The notes: generated by a model from the sequence alone, not told the origin. A stretch of 64,000 nucleotides of DNA from Octopus vulgaris (GCA_951406725.2 OX597833.1:11346001-11410000); one strand, 5' to 3'; positions 50,950 through 64,000 are shown, counted from the first letter of the stretch. Numbers and translations are program-made.

Positions 50950-51172
50950 TTTCTTTACTACCCACAAGGGGCTAAACACACAGAGGACAAACAAGGACAG
51001 ACAAGCGGATTAAGTCGGTTATATCAACCCGAGTGTTTCACTGGTACTTAATTTATCGACCGCGAAATGATGAAAGGCAAAGTCGACCTCAGCGGAATTT
51101 GAACACAGAACGTAACCGCAGACGAAATACCACTAAGCATTTCGCCCGGCGTGCTAACGTTTCTACTAGCTC
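50950..51172 (-). mobile_element. tRNA-derived SINE with a Meta-domain-like core
   Basis: Minus strand GTTCAAATTCC B box, then GGTCGACTTTGCCTTTCATC...GGTCGATAAATTAAGTACC; tail ending GTAAAGAAAT. Confidence 0.75.
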
Positions 51173-51313
51173 TTCATCAAAATTTTAAAAAACTTTTTTG
51201 AAAATTTTCATCAAAATTTTGGAAAGTTTTTTGAAAATTTTCATCAAAATTTTAAAAAACTTTTTGGAAATTTTGATCAAAATTTTTGAAAAGTTTTCTG
51301 AAAAATTTCATCA
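51172..51313. repeat. ~33-bp AT-rich tandem repeat, ~4 copies
   Basis: TTCATCAAAATTTT...TTTTTGAAAATT recurs. Confidence 0.8.
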
Positions 51314-51398
51314 GTTGTTCATGAAATACTGCAGATTTCGTTGATAGGGAATATTTTTTCTCCGGATAGTTATCCAACAAATACATACACGCACACTG

Positions 51399-51437
<39 letters not shown>

Positions 51438-53208
51438 TACACACACACACACACACAAACTGACACACACACACACTGACATACACACACAGACACAAAC
51501 ATACACACACACATCGACACACGCACACACACACACGCACACAAATATGCGGGGAAAATGCGGGCACGTACGAGCGACCGCAGTTACTGTTGGGGCACAA
51601 GGTTGAAGTCAACTCCTCTAGCGAAGTATTTATGAAAGAGAAATACCGAAGGTAGGTAACTCACGACAGACTCCAGCCTGGCGCTCTAATGGCGTCACTT
51701 ACTCGTTGTTGTTGACTATGTTTAAGTTAAAGCTATGGCTTTAAGTTTGTCCAGATATTCCCCTCTTCCGTATTTTCTTTTGGTAACGGTTGAACTGGAA
51801 CCCGATAGGGAGCACCACTCGACTGATATGCTGTTTTTGCAGCTTTTTGCACAGAATTTGCGTTTAGAGTTTAAAATATGCCATTAGCACATTTTAACGA
51901 ACCTAAAAATTGCTTATGCCTAATACTGAGTGCTAATACTGTTCACTGGAAACGCCATGTTGAATGTTTCCATATATTCATTTGTCAATTTGCATTTCGT
52001 GCGTTCATATTACTTAATTATTATTCTTTTTCTCTAGCTTTTTCACAATCGAGCATTCTTATGGCACGCAATTAATCGGACAAAAAACGTGCTGCCACCC
52101 ACAGATCCCTCTTTCCACGGATACCTTCGTTTATCTGGCAGCCATTCTACAAACTCCCACATACAAGGAGCAATCATGCTGGGTAGAGTGTGAAACACTC
52201 AACATGTTGCACTGATTCCACCTAATGTATATTTTATAAGTGGTGTTCCTTTCCTTACTAAGTCGTTTATGTGTGTTACAGTTATTGTATGCATGTATCT
52301 CGAAGCAAGTTCCTCTTCTGCGAGTTTGATAGTTTTATGTTACAGACGGAGATAATTTGTTGAACTCGATGTTTTGTGGTGTTGCTGTAGATTCGGTTGA
52401 TGCTGTTCCTGAAGTCTACTCATATTTCTCGGTGGTTTCACATTTTATTTTGGCACATCAGTTTTCAGGAATGATGAGAGGCTGCGTGTGTAATGTGACG
52501 CGAGGTTGTGTGTGTGTGATTTTTGTAGAAGAGTGGGAATATTTGAATGTAGGTTGAAAATAGTTAATCGTGGGACGTGTACTTGTACCCTTGTAGAAAG
52601 AGTTTCGTGAAACACCTGACAAGTTGTTAGGTAGTTAACATTTTGTGGTAGTTCTTCAGCGGATATCAAATATCCTTTATTTGGTAATATCCGCGATTGG
52701 ATTGCAGAGCTTTCATCGCATCGATTGTAGTTACAATGATACGTATGTGAGTTGTTTTTTATTAACCCATCATGATTTAGTGATGTTAGTTATAAGCTTT
52801 TACCGTGTTTTCTGAAGATTGATCATGAAAGGGTGATATATTTGTTCGGATGTGTTTCACTTGGGGATTGTTTTCATTTTAAAACGGAATACAACACACA
52901 TTTAAACGAATCATCATTTTATTTCAAAATTTAAATTTGATAAACTGAACCTCATACAATGTATTCTAGAATCATTCCCTGAGGATTACATCGTTCTGTT
53001 AAGCTATTTGTCACATTCTATGACGTCTCTGTTGTTTCGTTTTGAATATTTTCTGAAAACTTGTAGCAGCAATTTATTTAACGACATATATTAGTTGGAT
53101 ACAATATTGCAAAACACAATTACAAGAAACGTATATGTTGCTCTATTATATTATATTTTATGATTCGCCGACATAAATTTTCATATAGAAACGAATGTAA
53201 ATTTCTAT

Positions 53209-53708
53209 TCAATATTTACTGCACACAATGCAGGTTAATTCTCGAACATTGACATACGGTGGACATGGCAATGAACCACAAGCAGCCTGAACGAAATACA
53301 GTAGAGCTCCATCTTCGTTTCTGTAACCCGCTGGATCAGCTTCTGGTGCATAGTCCACACACACATATTCAAGTTTGCCTTTATGCCCGTAATGACCGGA
53401 CATCAAATATCCCGAATACTCAGCTGTCCAACCGTCGTAACACTTTGTCCTGGCTGGTAACATCATAACAACAGCAGGTTGTCGTGTCAAACAGACAGCG
53501 CACGGAGCGTTGTGATCATGAATTGATTCAGCGTTAGCAAAAGAAAAGAGTTTATTTGTTGGGTAGTGTTCCAGTTGATATTCACTGCCATAAATGTAAG
53601 CACTTTTTGTATCTCCTGTCGTATAATTGGCCCAAATGGGGTCGTTAGGTAGACACAAGAGATTACTTCCGCCACCAGTATGGCTATAAAGTTGTCCACC
53701 AGCCACAC
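53209..53708 (-). CDS. Gene B exon 4, short-chain collagen C4-like domain
   Basis: Paralog of 31355-31854 with the same acceptor context; open 165 aa. Confidence 0.92.
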
Positions 53709-53925
53709 CTAGAATTGGTAAGAATAAATCAAGTAAAAAAGATGTTAAGCAAAATTATATATGAAATAACGGAAATATTCATTACAAATTGACCCTTAAA
53801 AGGAGTCATGTTTAGTCGTGTGTGAACGAATTGTGGTGTATATATGTTAGTGTTTATGTAAGTGTAAGCTGTGTGTTGCTGAATGCTTGAGATCGTAGCT
53901 GTGCATTTGCCTTCTCATCATATGT

Positions 53926-53997
<72 letters not shown>

Positions 53998-55376
53998 AAG
54001 AAGCATCAATGATCTCCAGATGTAATGCGGTACGCTTGTTTCATGCAAATCCAATTATATATATAGATGGAGAAAAAGAAAGACATTTTATAACGCATGC
54101 AAGATGTTTTCGTGTGAACGGGGATATTTTGGATGGTGGAAATTGTAGGAGGTTTGAGGAGGACAATACGGGAGACGACGAGATGCAGAGAAGTGGTGGG
54201 TAACCGTCGATGAAATGTTGTTTAGTCGATCATACGAGAGTCAGTGGCTAAACCTCTCGTTTAGACTCGGACGAATCAGGCTTACATAGACGTTATGATC
54301 ACACAGACTTTGTTTCATGCAATACACAGAAACGAGGTGGGAGGAAAAATTGAGAGGTTCAGTGATGGCGTAGTGCTTAAGATGAATGGACAGTGGAGTG
54401 GACGACCGATAAAGGATACGTGTAGGGTTTATAGAGAGTAGATTCAGAGCATTTTTAGGGATTGTGAGGTTGATTGGGGAAGAGGTTTGTAGCAGCAGTT
54501 TTGAATCGCAAGTTTCGGAATTACCTTACAAAGATATACTGGATAATTAATGAGGTGATGTGGTGCATGAAAAGAGAAAGGTTTTAGCGATAGGACGATT
54601 TCGGTGAGGCGGAGAAGAATAGAAGTGCATTCTGTACTCTGTTGTGTTCTCTCACTAATATTTAGTCTCTCTCTATTTTACTTAATGAATAAAGACCTTA
54701 GCTTTTTCCATCAGTTTCAGTATGTGGCTTGTCCAGTCCTCATTGTACATTGTGCGTTCAATTCATTAATTGTTTACAGTCACTGTCATCAATTCTAATA
54801 GACTCTATTTAATTTAGCCAACACCTGCGATCATTGGGCACTCTAGTTAATGATAGTCACGTGGCCACTTTTCAGTCCTGGTCACTCATGTACAATACCA
54901 CCATCCGTAGCCAGTACAATTGATCACCAGTTAGCAGCCTCGGTATTTGATATCTACAATCCAAAGCTGGTCAGCCAGAAATTCTTGATCGCCATGGTGG
55001 TTTTTTAGTCCAGCCCCTGTCTGTAATTTATCGTAGAGATATCTATATTCTGTGGTTAGACAACATTCTTTTCATTTGTTCGGTAGTAGACAACATATAA
55101 TATTCTGATTTGACCAAATACCTACAAAGGAGTAAGCAGTCTTGTGTAGTGTCTGTATAGTCTACAGGTATAGACTTTTGAAACGTGGCATATCATAAAA
55201 GGATCTGAGAATGTTTACGTCAGACAACCCGACAAAGGGTGAGTGTGTGTGCATGTGCGTGAGAGAGAGGGTGAGAGAGAAAGAGAGGCAACAAAAAGAG
55301 AGAATGAGAGGTATAAGAAGAGACAAAGAGAAAAACAAAAAGAGGATGAGAGGTCAGAAATATAAAGTATACTAAC

Positions 55377-55451
55377 CGTCATATACAAGGTTTGAATAAG
55401 GAGGACAAGTTGTTCTGCCCCACCGGGTATACAATGATCCGAGACCGGGTT
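55377..55451 (-). CDS. Gene B exon 3
   Basis: 75 nt, same peptide as gene A exon 3 with only synonymous changes seen; CAG acceptor and GTTAGT donor. Confidence 0.9.
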
Positions 55452-56044
55452 CTGTGATATTGAAATGAAATAAAGTAGTTTAAAAGAAAGAATTGGGGGA
55501 TCATTTACAAAGTAGATTGTTGGATGGGAAGGAATTGATGGAGAAGAGAGAAATATAGAATTTAAGAAAGAACGAGTGAATGAATGAAAGTCAGAACGAA
55601 AGATGTAAATAATAAGAATAAATTGTAAAGAAAGAAAAAAGACATTTGTCTGTTGAGCCTGTTGGTGACGTTGATGTCAAAGATTTGAGAGATTAATCTC
55701 AGAATATCAGAATGTGTATCGGTCTCCGCTATGATAGGATGTATGTATGATACGTAAACTTGGGTATGAGTATATATACTTCTCAATAGAATAATGATAA
55801 AATATTCGCCAGGTACGAATATTCATCGGTCAATTACAAATATCAGTTTGGAGCTCGGCGCAAATAAGGCCATCATAACTACAATATGAAAATAACAACC
55901 ATACCGCATCATTTGTCGATTTAGTTAAAAGACATCGCATCCGGATCTCGAGTAGAGGAGTCCGTTCGATAAATGTATAGCACACCCCACCCAATACCGG
56001 TGCAACCAGCAAGAAGCCTGGAACTAAATATGGGGTACGTAGGC

Positions 56045-57880
56045 TAGGAGCACAAAATTGACGGTCTCAGGAAACCAAAGCAGATCAAGAAGGGACACCT
56101 TTAATAATTGAGAATTAAAACGTCAAAGTTGTTAGATATAATCTGCCTGTAAGATATAATCGGTGTCTCCTCTACAAAATTTCCTTTCTCCGATAGCGTA
56201 CACCTGGATATAGGCTTGAAACTCCACTACGCAACTGTGGTGCCAACAATGTCTGCACAGGTGGGATTAGGATACTCTCAATCCCCAGCTTTCGGATTGT
56301 ATTATGGAGTGAAACCTACTAGGTGTGAGGGTTCACCTCTTGAAGCTAAGGCTGAATATGAAGGACCACTGTGGCTGCTGTAAGTATATGCAGCAAACAG
56401 CGGGGTCAAATCCAAATCCTTCCTAAGCAAATTCACCTTAGATTTAGATATATTTGGGGTAAAGTCATTTGTCCTGCCAGGAGACTTCAGTGCACACCTT
56501 GGCACTGATAACCGTGAGAAGGATTGATTGGAAGGAATGTCGTCAGTGAAATTAATGGAGAGGTCATAGCAGCCTTCAGTGCAGGATACACACTTTCCTT
56601 TCTATGGTATATATATTATTTTAAGACAGGGATATTTATAAGGGTGCCTGATATAGAAATACTTGGTGACAGAGGTTTATGATAGATTTCGGTCATCTTT
56701 CACTCTTTGCTGAACGTTCGGGTAAAAGGAGGGGTGGAGTTGTCAACTCGTCACTACCTAAATGTCCAAAAACCTGAAAATTCCTACAGTCTGCCGAACA
56801 CTGGAAATTTGTAAGCCGTGGATGCTGGGATAAGAAACGAAAATGTGGACACTTTTGCACCCAAATTGTGAGTGACCATCCTGAATTAAGTTGGACATCG
56901 AAATGGATTCGTAATTGTATTATTTTATTCAGCAGGTTCTTCTTCGGTTGAACGCTTATTTGAGCTGAACTCACTTAAAAGTGTTAATGCTGCCGGTGAA
57001 AAGCGCGTTCGGCTTGATATTTTAGAAACCTTAAATACAGATGGTATTCTCTGAGTGAGCCATGTACGCTAGGTGGATGGGACCCCTGGAAAAAACACCA
57101 AGGCAATGGTAATGTGGGGTGACAATCGCAATTTTTTCAAACAGAGACCAAAGAGTGTGCTCTAATTATAGAAAAGTCTACACTATATGTCAGGAAAAGA
57201 TATGTAGGGAAATTTTCGTGGCCAAGATTACTGTCAGGGACGCAGTACACCCGACCAGATAGTCATTCAAAGACAAATCTTGCAGCAAACATTGAAATAT
57301 TTCCAAGGTTTATACGCTGTAAACCACGAAAAGGCAGACGATCACGTGCCCTGGGACATGTTGCGGTGGGTTTACGAGGAATGTGATTTTACTGGGCAAA
57401 TACTTGTTGCCATAAAGTACTTATATTTATGTTCAAATGTTTGTATTTAAGCAAATGTCGAAAGTTTCAACTGGAAGGTTTCACTTAGTTGAAGTGTGCA
57501 TTGTTAGTGTCCCTTCTCACATTCTTTTTTGTGAACTGGTTGAATATGCGCAACCATTGTGGTAGAGGTACCCCAATTCATCTCTACGTGATCGGTCGAC
57601 TGTTATTTGTAGACGACATGCTGCTACCTGATTCGTCTGATGGTCACCAACAACATGCACTGAATGGGTTGGCTGCCGAGTACCCCAAGGCAGGATTGAC
57701 AAATACGCACTGTGTAGGAAAGTGGAACATCATTATTTCGGGTCTCTATTCACGAATGATTGGAAGCACAAGAGTGGACAGAATGCAGAATTGTAGATAT
57801 AAACGCAGTGAAGCGCGGGCACGGGCATTTGATTCTCAGATGAAGAGGGCTTGGTACAATTATCGAGGTAGCACTGGATA
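56045..57880 (+). mobile_element. Old RTE-like LINE relic in gene B intron 2
   Basis: Inverted paralog of 15480-17135. Confidence 0.6.
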
Positions 57881-58010
57881 TATACTCATATACACACAAT
57901 ATTGTGGACATATGGATAGTAATGTGGAACTAATTCAAAGTTGGTGAAATTATAATTCATTAGTTAATGTTTCGCGGGTAAAATAGTTTAGCCATAAAAT
58001 TATTTCTTAC

Positions 58011-58062
58011 TTGGTGTGTCATCAGGTTTATCGTCGAGAGATTTCTTGGAGATGAAACGGTT
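58011..58062 (-). CDS. Gene B exon 2 (NRFISKKSLDDKPDDTP)
   Basis: TCTCACAG acceptor, GTAAG donor; identical to 15244-15295. Confidence 0.75.
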
Positions 58063-58161
58063 CTGTGAGAAAATAGAAATAACATCATAAAAATAGAACT
58101 TCAAGGTATTTATTATCGTTTAGAACTTAAAACAATGCAATAGATGACAACATATTCGGAC

Positions 58162-58745
58162 AGGTATCATTGCCAACAATACCATCTCAACCCCTTAGGA
58201 ATCGTCTAGAAGGCGCTTCAATCCAGTCAAACGATTTTCTGAACAATATCAGACAATACAACTCTGCATTTCAAATGACATCGTATGGTGAATGTAAGAA
58301 TTTACGCCGACGTCAAAGTTCAAGGGCAAGTCTATCCCCTCATTTGTTACCTGGTACCTGCGAATGAACAACCACACTTCCGCCAAATTTGCTCTATGAG
58401 TAATGTGGGACAAGAAATCCGACGTGAGGTGTCAAAATTTCCGATGATGAGTCGTGTTAGACACAGCACACACTGCTGCAAAGGAGAGTATATCCACTGA
58501 CAGCTTTTCGGTGCGTTCAAAAATCACTCAAACCCCACCTCCAATTTTGCATGACAGGTTAGGGCCTGAAACTCTCCAAACGGACGCATAGCATGTTGCT
58601 TAGTCGAATTAGCCCGGCATTTACTCTACAAATGTTTTGTTGTCAATGTTGCACTTTCCCATATCACCTGTTTCAAAATGACTGCAATATATTATATACC
58701 AACTTTGCCAATTTAATCCCAAGCAATGCCGGGTATGTCCGCTAG
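58162..58745 (+). mobile_element. Helitron relic with intact 3' end
   Basis: NIRQYNSAFQMTS and KVQGQVY motifs; CCCAAGCAATGCCGGG hairpin + CTAG. Confidence 0.75.
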
Positions 58746-58786
58746 TACACACACACACAATATACACACACACACACACATATTTC

Positions 58787-58860
<74 letters not shown>

Positions 58861-58869
58861 GTATATATA

Positions 58870-59160
58870 TAGTTAAATTTAATCCAAACAAGAAAGCACA
58901 AAAAACAACAACGTGAGGACGTGCAAAAAATATAGTATTATTGGACGCTCAGGAAAGAAGGAAAGAAGGAGGGTTTAACGTTTCGGGTGGAGCTCTTCGT
59001 CGAAAACATACGAGAAGGAAAGATCTAGAGGAGGGAAGACAGAGGAAAACAATCGCCAACGGAACACACGCGGTCACATTTTGAATGACCGGAAGGAAAT
59101 GGGTGAAGAAAAGTTCTTTCAAAGACAGGAGATTGGTGGAGGAAGAAGCATTCAAATGAC
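58870..59160 (-). mobile_element. Penelope-like 3' terminal fragment with a decayed hammerhead-like motif
   Basis: Minus strand GUUU-UCGACGA-AGAGCUCCACCC-GAAACGUU-AAAC and TTTCCTGAGCG, shared with 28352-28420. Confidence 0.5.
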
Positions 59161-59164
59161 GCCA

Positions 59165-59351
59165 CCCTGCTGGCTAAGTGGCAGGCCAACAGAAGAAAGG
59201 GAGATAGTTATAGCGAAAGAGTGATCACACCAACCCGCTCCCTGAGCCTCGTGGAGCTTTAAACACTCACAACACCCAGTCTGGGAATCGAAACGGCGAT
59301 CCTACAACCGTGAGACTGCTGCCCTAACCACTAGGCCATTGCGACTCCACA
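59165..59351 (-). mobile_element. tRNA-derived SINE fragment (third family)
   Basis: Minus strand TGGCCTAGTGGTTAGG A box and GTTTCGATTCCC B box followed by non-tRNA sequence. Confidence 0.7.
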
Positions 59352-59353
59352 CA

Positions 59354-59411
<58 letters not shown>

Positions 59412-59415
59412 TATG

Positions 59416-59482
<67 letters not shown>

Positions 59483-62400
59483 TGTTACGACACACACAGG
59501 GTTGGACCTCCGCGATTCGAACTGTTACGGAAATCCTCACACGCACGGGCCCGTTCGTTGCAGCGATTAAGCTACGGAAACTCGTCGGAGAAGGGAGAGA
59601 GGAAAGACACAACCGCAGCAAGGCAACAGAGACACAGAGAGGCAACCGAGAGAGACACCAAAAGAGGCAAGGCAACAGAGGCAACACTGGCTTACATTTA
59701 ACAACTAGTTTATACGACAATCAATGGTTACAACATCAAAGCATTTAAGGCAAACATTTAAAGAAGGACATGCACGTGACTACTCAATATAACAGTCCGG
59801 TAACGACACAACAAGTCATATATATTAGCAACAGATCAAAGCATTTAAACATGCAAGTAACAATATAACAGTATTTCATAGACAAACAAGTTCAGATCAA
59901 ATAATGTTCACGATACATCACAGTCCAATCAGAACAATTCGATACATTATACAATGTTCGCATCACAACAATTCACGTTACAATTCAAAGTTCATTATCG
60001 TCTACATCAGAGTCCTTCTTTTTCTCTCTTCTTTCTCTTCTTTTCTTTTACATCGTAACACGTATCAATACAAGTCAAATACCTTAATTCCTAATTAGAA
60101 TCGCCAGTGTCCCATATTGCACTCATCTCTCTCTCAATACCGCCAACTCCAGCTTGCCAAACCGCTTGCTCCTAAGACTGCACCGCTTGCTCCCAAGATT
60201 CCACCTACTTGCTCTGACTTCTAGAATCCGACTGTACCCTTCGACGACCGAATGCCAACTGCCAAAACCTCACCTCCTTGTCCTGACTTCCACTGTCCTC
60301 ATCTCCCTCTGTCTCTACCGCTCATACCCTCTCATGACAGCTCTGCCATACTCTCTGCCTGTCCTTCTTTGCCCCCTCTTCCTCTCTCACTGCTAATATC
60401 CTCTCTATCTGCTCTTAGATTCCTTACTCTATCTCTCTCACCACTTTCCTTCCTCTTCTTCAAGGGGTGTTTAGAACGACCTCTAATCGACCGCACAAGG
60501 CCAGAAAGGTCCATCCAAAACTCATTAATCTCCCAGTAAACAAAGGACTGTCTCTTTTCTTCCAGACGTGCCGGCGCCACCATTCCAAAGTGGGTCACCA
60601 AGAAATGCACTAGCTAAACTCATAACACTACCCCCTACCTAAGATTTGTCGATCCGACAAAAGCATAACAAACCCGCAGCTCCGAGGGTGAGCTCCAGCA
60701 GACGTTCTAGGAACTGGAGGTCCCCTTGCGTGTTTTCTCCTCCGGAGGTCTCACCTCCTACGGCCACCACTTCAGCACCAGCCACAGGTTGGCACCTTAC
60801 CTCTGCGGCTTGGGCAACACCTCCATCAAGGCCGCCAGGCTTCCTACTAGCCGCCAACAATAGTCGCACCGTCCGAGGAAGTTCCTCAACTCCCTCATAC
60901 AAGCAGGGTCCGGCCAATCCTTCACAGTGGCCACCTTCCTCAGGGCTCTATAACCCACGTAGCACCTCGCTGTGCCATCCCCATTCTGCACAACTAAGGC
61001 CGACGACCAGGGACCGTTGCGCCCTTTCGCTGTTCTCTGTCGTCGATATCTCCTCTTGCGCTGCTGTACTGGGACCATTCTGCGGCCTCGCTGCCTCCTC
61101 AAGCGACGACCGCCTTGGCCGACGAAGCACTCCGCCATGTTCGTGCGACCAACCTCTAACAACCTTCGCGACAAACGTCTTGCGCTCCTCACCAACGGTT
61201 GCTTCTTCCGCAACTGCATCAGCGGACCACGATCTCCTTTAACTGCATCACTGCACCGGCAGAACTGACCCCGCCGCTGGTTCACCGTCCGGCGCAGTTC
61301 CACGATTTGCCCTCTGCAAATCGCCTGCGCAGCCTTCAATAAATCGGCTGACCCAACCAGCGCTCTGTCAGCCTCTGCCTCCACCAGGGTCCAGCCAACC
61401 CTCAATTGAGCTCTCACTCCGCACTGCTTGTCGGGCTCCACCGGCCCCACGCAACCATCGAATACAGAGCCCACCCGAGTGCCAACCAAGCACCAACGAC
61501 TCCTTGCGGAACGCTTCCTCAACTGCATCAGTGGGCCACCATCTCCTTCAACTGCGTTGCCGTATCGGCAGAACTGGCCCCACCACTGGTTCGCCATCTG
61601 GCACGACTCCTCGATTTGCCTTCTATAAATCGCCTGTGTCACTTCCAAAAGATCGGCCGACCCAGCCAGCGCCCTGCCAGCTTCTGCTTCTACTAGGGTC
61701 CACCCGACCCTCAATTGAGCTTTTACTATGCACTGCCTGTCGTGCTCCACCGGCCCCAAGCAGCCATCAACCACAAAGCTCACACAACGCTGAAGCAGTC
61801 TTCCTGGTCTTGGTGAACCCACCACCGTTCGTAGCCGTCTCGCCTCGTCAACGGGCTTGGTCCTTTTCCTCACCAGCTTCCGCACCGTAGGCCTCACAAC
61901 ACGCACGCTCGGCCGCCAGTCCATCCACGCCTGTGGCCTCTCCACAGTGGGAACCATACAGTCCTCCTGGGCCCCAAGAGACAGGGGCCCAGACACCAAA
62001 GGACCCGCACACGGCACAACACCTGCCGCGACCATCACACACAGAGCCGGAACCTCGGATTCAGCGACATCCGCCCCAGACCTCACCAGCTCTTCGTCCT
62101 GAGCTCCGAGAGACAGGGGTCGAGACGCCAAGGGCTCCAGACACGGAACAACAGCATCAGCCATAACACCTTCAACAGGCCTTTTGGTTTCCTTAACATC
62201 GGGCTCAGCAACATACGCTTTAGTTTCCGCAAACACTACCGGTCCAGCATCACAAATTTCGGCGACCAACCCAGGTTCCGAAACACTTCCTTCACTATCT
62301 GTTTCTCTCGATGCCTCGTTCGACGGTCAATTTCTGCCCACAGGACCGTCGCTATCCCCGGTCCAACACCGATCCTTCAAAGCTGACCCATCCGCAACAT

Positions 62401-63820
62401 CAAACTCCTGCTGATCTGCACACCGGCCCTGTCGCCTCTCGTCCATTGTCTCCATGAACGCGTCTGTCTGCGCCATCTGGCCCCTCAACATCTCCACAAT
62501 CAGGGCAAGCGAAATCTCCCCGTCTCCGGTCCGACAACCAGACAAATCCATAGCGAAAAAAACCGATCGAAACGCAGCAATCAGGACAATCCCACTTCTG
62601 ACACCAGTTGTTACGACACACGGGTGGGACCTCCTCCGATTCGAACTGTTACGGAAATCCTCATACACACAGGCCCGTTCGATGCAGCGATCAAGCTACG
62701 GAAACTCGTCGGAGAGAGGAGAGAGGAGAGATACAACCGCAGCAAGGCAACAGAGACACAGAGAGGCAACCGAGAGAGACACCAAAAGAGGCAAGGCAAC
62801 AGAGGCAACACTGGCTTACATTTAACAACTAGTTTATACGACAATCAATGGTTACAACATCAAAGCATTTAAGGCAAACATTTAAAGGAGGACATGCACG
62901 TGACTACTCAATATAACAGTCCGGTAACGACACAACAAGTCATATATATCAGCAACAGATCAAAGCATTTAAACATGCAAGTAACAATATAACAGTATTT
63001 CATAGACAAACAAGTTCAGATCAAATAATGTTCACGATACATCACAGTCCAATCAGAACACTTCGATACATTATACAATGTTCGCATCACAACAATTCAC
63101 GTTACAATTCAAAGTTCATTATCGTCTACATCAGAGTCCTTCTTTTTCTCTCTTCTTTCTCTTCTTTTCTTTTACATCGTAACACGTATCAATACAAGTC
63201 AAATACCTTAATTCCTAATTAGAATCGCCAGTGTCCCATATTGCACTCATCTCTCTCTCAATACCGCCAACTCCAGCTTGCCAAACCGCTTGCTCCTAAG
63301 ACTGCACCGCTTGCTCCCAAGATTCCACCTACTCGCTCTGACTTCCAGAATCCGACTGTACCCTTCGACGACCGACTGCCAACTGCCAAAACCTCACCTC
63401 CTTGTCCTGACTTCCACTGTCCTCATCTCCCTCTGTCTCTACCCCTCATACCCTCTCATGACAGCTCTGCCATACTCTCTGCCTGTCCTTCCTTGCCCCC
63501 TCATCCTCTCTCACTGCTAATATCCTCTCTATCTGCTCTTAGATTCCTTACTCTATCTCTCTCACCACTTTCCTTCCTCTTCTTCAAGGGGTGTTTAGAA
63601 CGACCTCTAATCGACCGCACAAGTCCAGAAAGGTCCATCCAAAACTCATTAATCTCCCAGTAAACAAAGGACTGTCTCTTTTCTTCCAGACGTGCCGGCG
63701 CCACCATTCCAAAGTGGGTCACCAAGAAATGCACTAGCTAAACTCACTGCATCGAACGGTGTGTGAGGATTTCCGTAACAGTTCGATTCGCGGAGGTCCC
63801 ACCCTGTGTGTGTCATAACA
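59483..63820 (-). mobile_element. Non-autonomous Gypsy-type LTR retrotransposon in (TA)n, with an extra inverted terminus
   Basis: LTRs 59483-60627 and 62609-63820 (TGTTA...TAACA), PPT AGGTAGGGGGTAG next to 60627, PBS, RT remnants at the end of ORF 60797-62269, ATAT on both flanks. Confidence 0.92.
62589..62606 (-). promoter_or_regulatory. Primer binding site complementary to the 3' end of tRNA-Leu
   Basis: TGGTGTCAGAAGTGGGAT, 2 nt downstream of the 5' LTR. Confidence 0.85.
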
Positions 63821-63874
<54 letters not shown>

Positions 63875-64000
63875 AGGGCTTAGTAAAATAAATTACTTTG
63901 CCACATACTGAACTCATTAGTATACTTTTGTGAGTTAGTTTAGGCAAACACTATCTGAGAGAGATCTTCTTTAAGTATTAGAAATAGCTGAAGAAATTTC

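Noticed and set aside
52050-52760. Possible highly decayed Penelope-like fragment
   Set aside because: Only faint motif resemblance by eye; needs a translated search.
59280-59351. Possible tRNA gene
   Set aside because: A/B boxes are present but there is no convincing acceptor stem and it continues into a SINE body.

Overview
Eukaryotic, repeat-rich scaffold window with a 100-N gap at 39820-39919. The SINE families and microsatellite load look like octopus/cephalopod DNA (inferred, not verified). Host content is a small tandem family of 4-exon genes encoding an N-terminally anchored or secreted protein with a cysteine-rich 'short-chain collagen C4-like' domain but no Gly-X-Y helix. There is gene A (+, with two alternative copies of exon 2), a lone second exon 1, and gene B (-, exons 2-4). 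The rest is a 28S rRNA fragment, nested retroelements (Penelope-like, tandem HERO-like, Tx1/L1, CR1-group with intact ORF2, RTE relics), Helitron and mariner relics, a 10-kb strand-asymmetric satellite and a non-autonomous Gypsy-type LTR element with an extra inverted terminus. The most notable observations are RNA structures read by eye: a complete type I hammerhead ribozyme in a 490-bp repeat (retrozyme-like), a rearranged hammerhead at the junction of tandem HERO copies, and minimal hammerheads in Penelope-like termini. All alignments and folds are manual and many TE boundaries are approximate.
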